Both the position numbers and the translations under genes were made by a program. Below are positions 34,905-35,258 of a stretch of DNA of 35,258 bases, piece by piece. The DNA comes from Octopus bimaculoides (taxonomy: Eukaryota), in the NCBI RefSeq assembly GCF_001194135.2, contig NC_069000.1:11935697-11970954 (forward strand), given 5' to 3'. Each line of letters begins with the position of its first letter. Within the stretch, counting starts at the first letter, position 1. A model generated the notes under the pieces. The model had not been told where the DNA came from and made no database searches. It saw only the letters and a list, made by a program, of their open reading frames with translations.

Positions 34905-34946
<42 letters not shown>

Positions 34947-35206
34947 GCAAACATACATACATACATAATCAGAGGAGGAGGACGAGGACGACGAGGAAAA
35001 GAGTACAGAGAAGAAAAAGAAGAAGAAGAAGAAAATGACGACGATGACGATGGTGATGATGCTGATGGTGGTGGTGGTTGTGGTGGTGGTGGTACATAAA
35101 ATCTGAAATGAAGAAATGATGAAACATGAATTTATAAGAATTTTGCTGGTTGAGTGATGTATGTCATCAGTTCCCGTTAAGTAAGAATATGTATTTCTGT
35201 AAGTGT

Positions 35207-35258
<52 letters not shown>

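Overview
Repeat-dense, AT-rich, essentially non-coding animal genomic DNA from a gapped short-read assembly. It has 12 N-runs totalling about 4.1 kb, most flanked by microsatellites. The microsatellite load and SINE families look like an octopod cephalopod, but that is inference from recalled repeat sequences, not a database match. No intact protein-coding gene is visible, and nearly all ORF-track entries are translations of simple repeats or gaps. Supportable content: (1) two complete and one half type I hammerhead ribozyme motifs, all on the minus strand (3130-3199, 9913-9958, 10722-10745), of the minimal palindromic-stem-III kind known from Penelope-like elements; (2) several tRNA-derived SINE families, including one full-length copy with a 9-bp TSD; (3) decayed LINE fragments: an RT core, an RLE endonuclease, an RTE-type zinc-finger 3' end and a probable Tx1/L1-like tail; (4) two Tc1/mariner transposase relics, two MITE-like inverted repeats and a hAT end; (5) a ~220-bp fold-back palindrome made of LINE-like coding sequence; (6) a candidate promoter and first exon at ~23.86-24.06 kb, followed by a forkhead/ETS/RFX X-box cluster.
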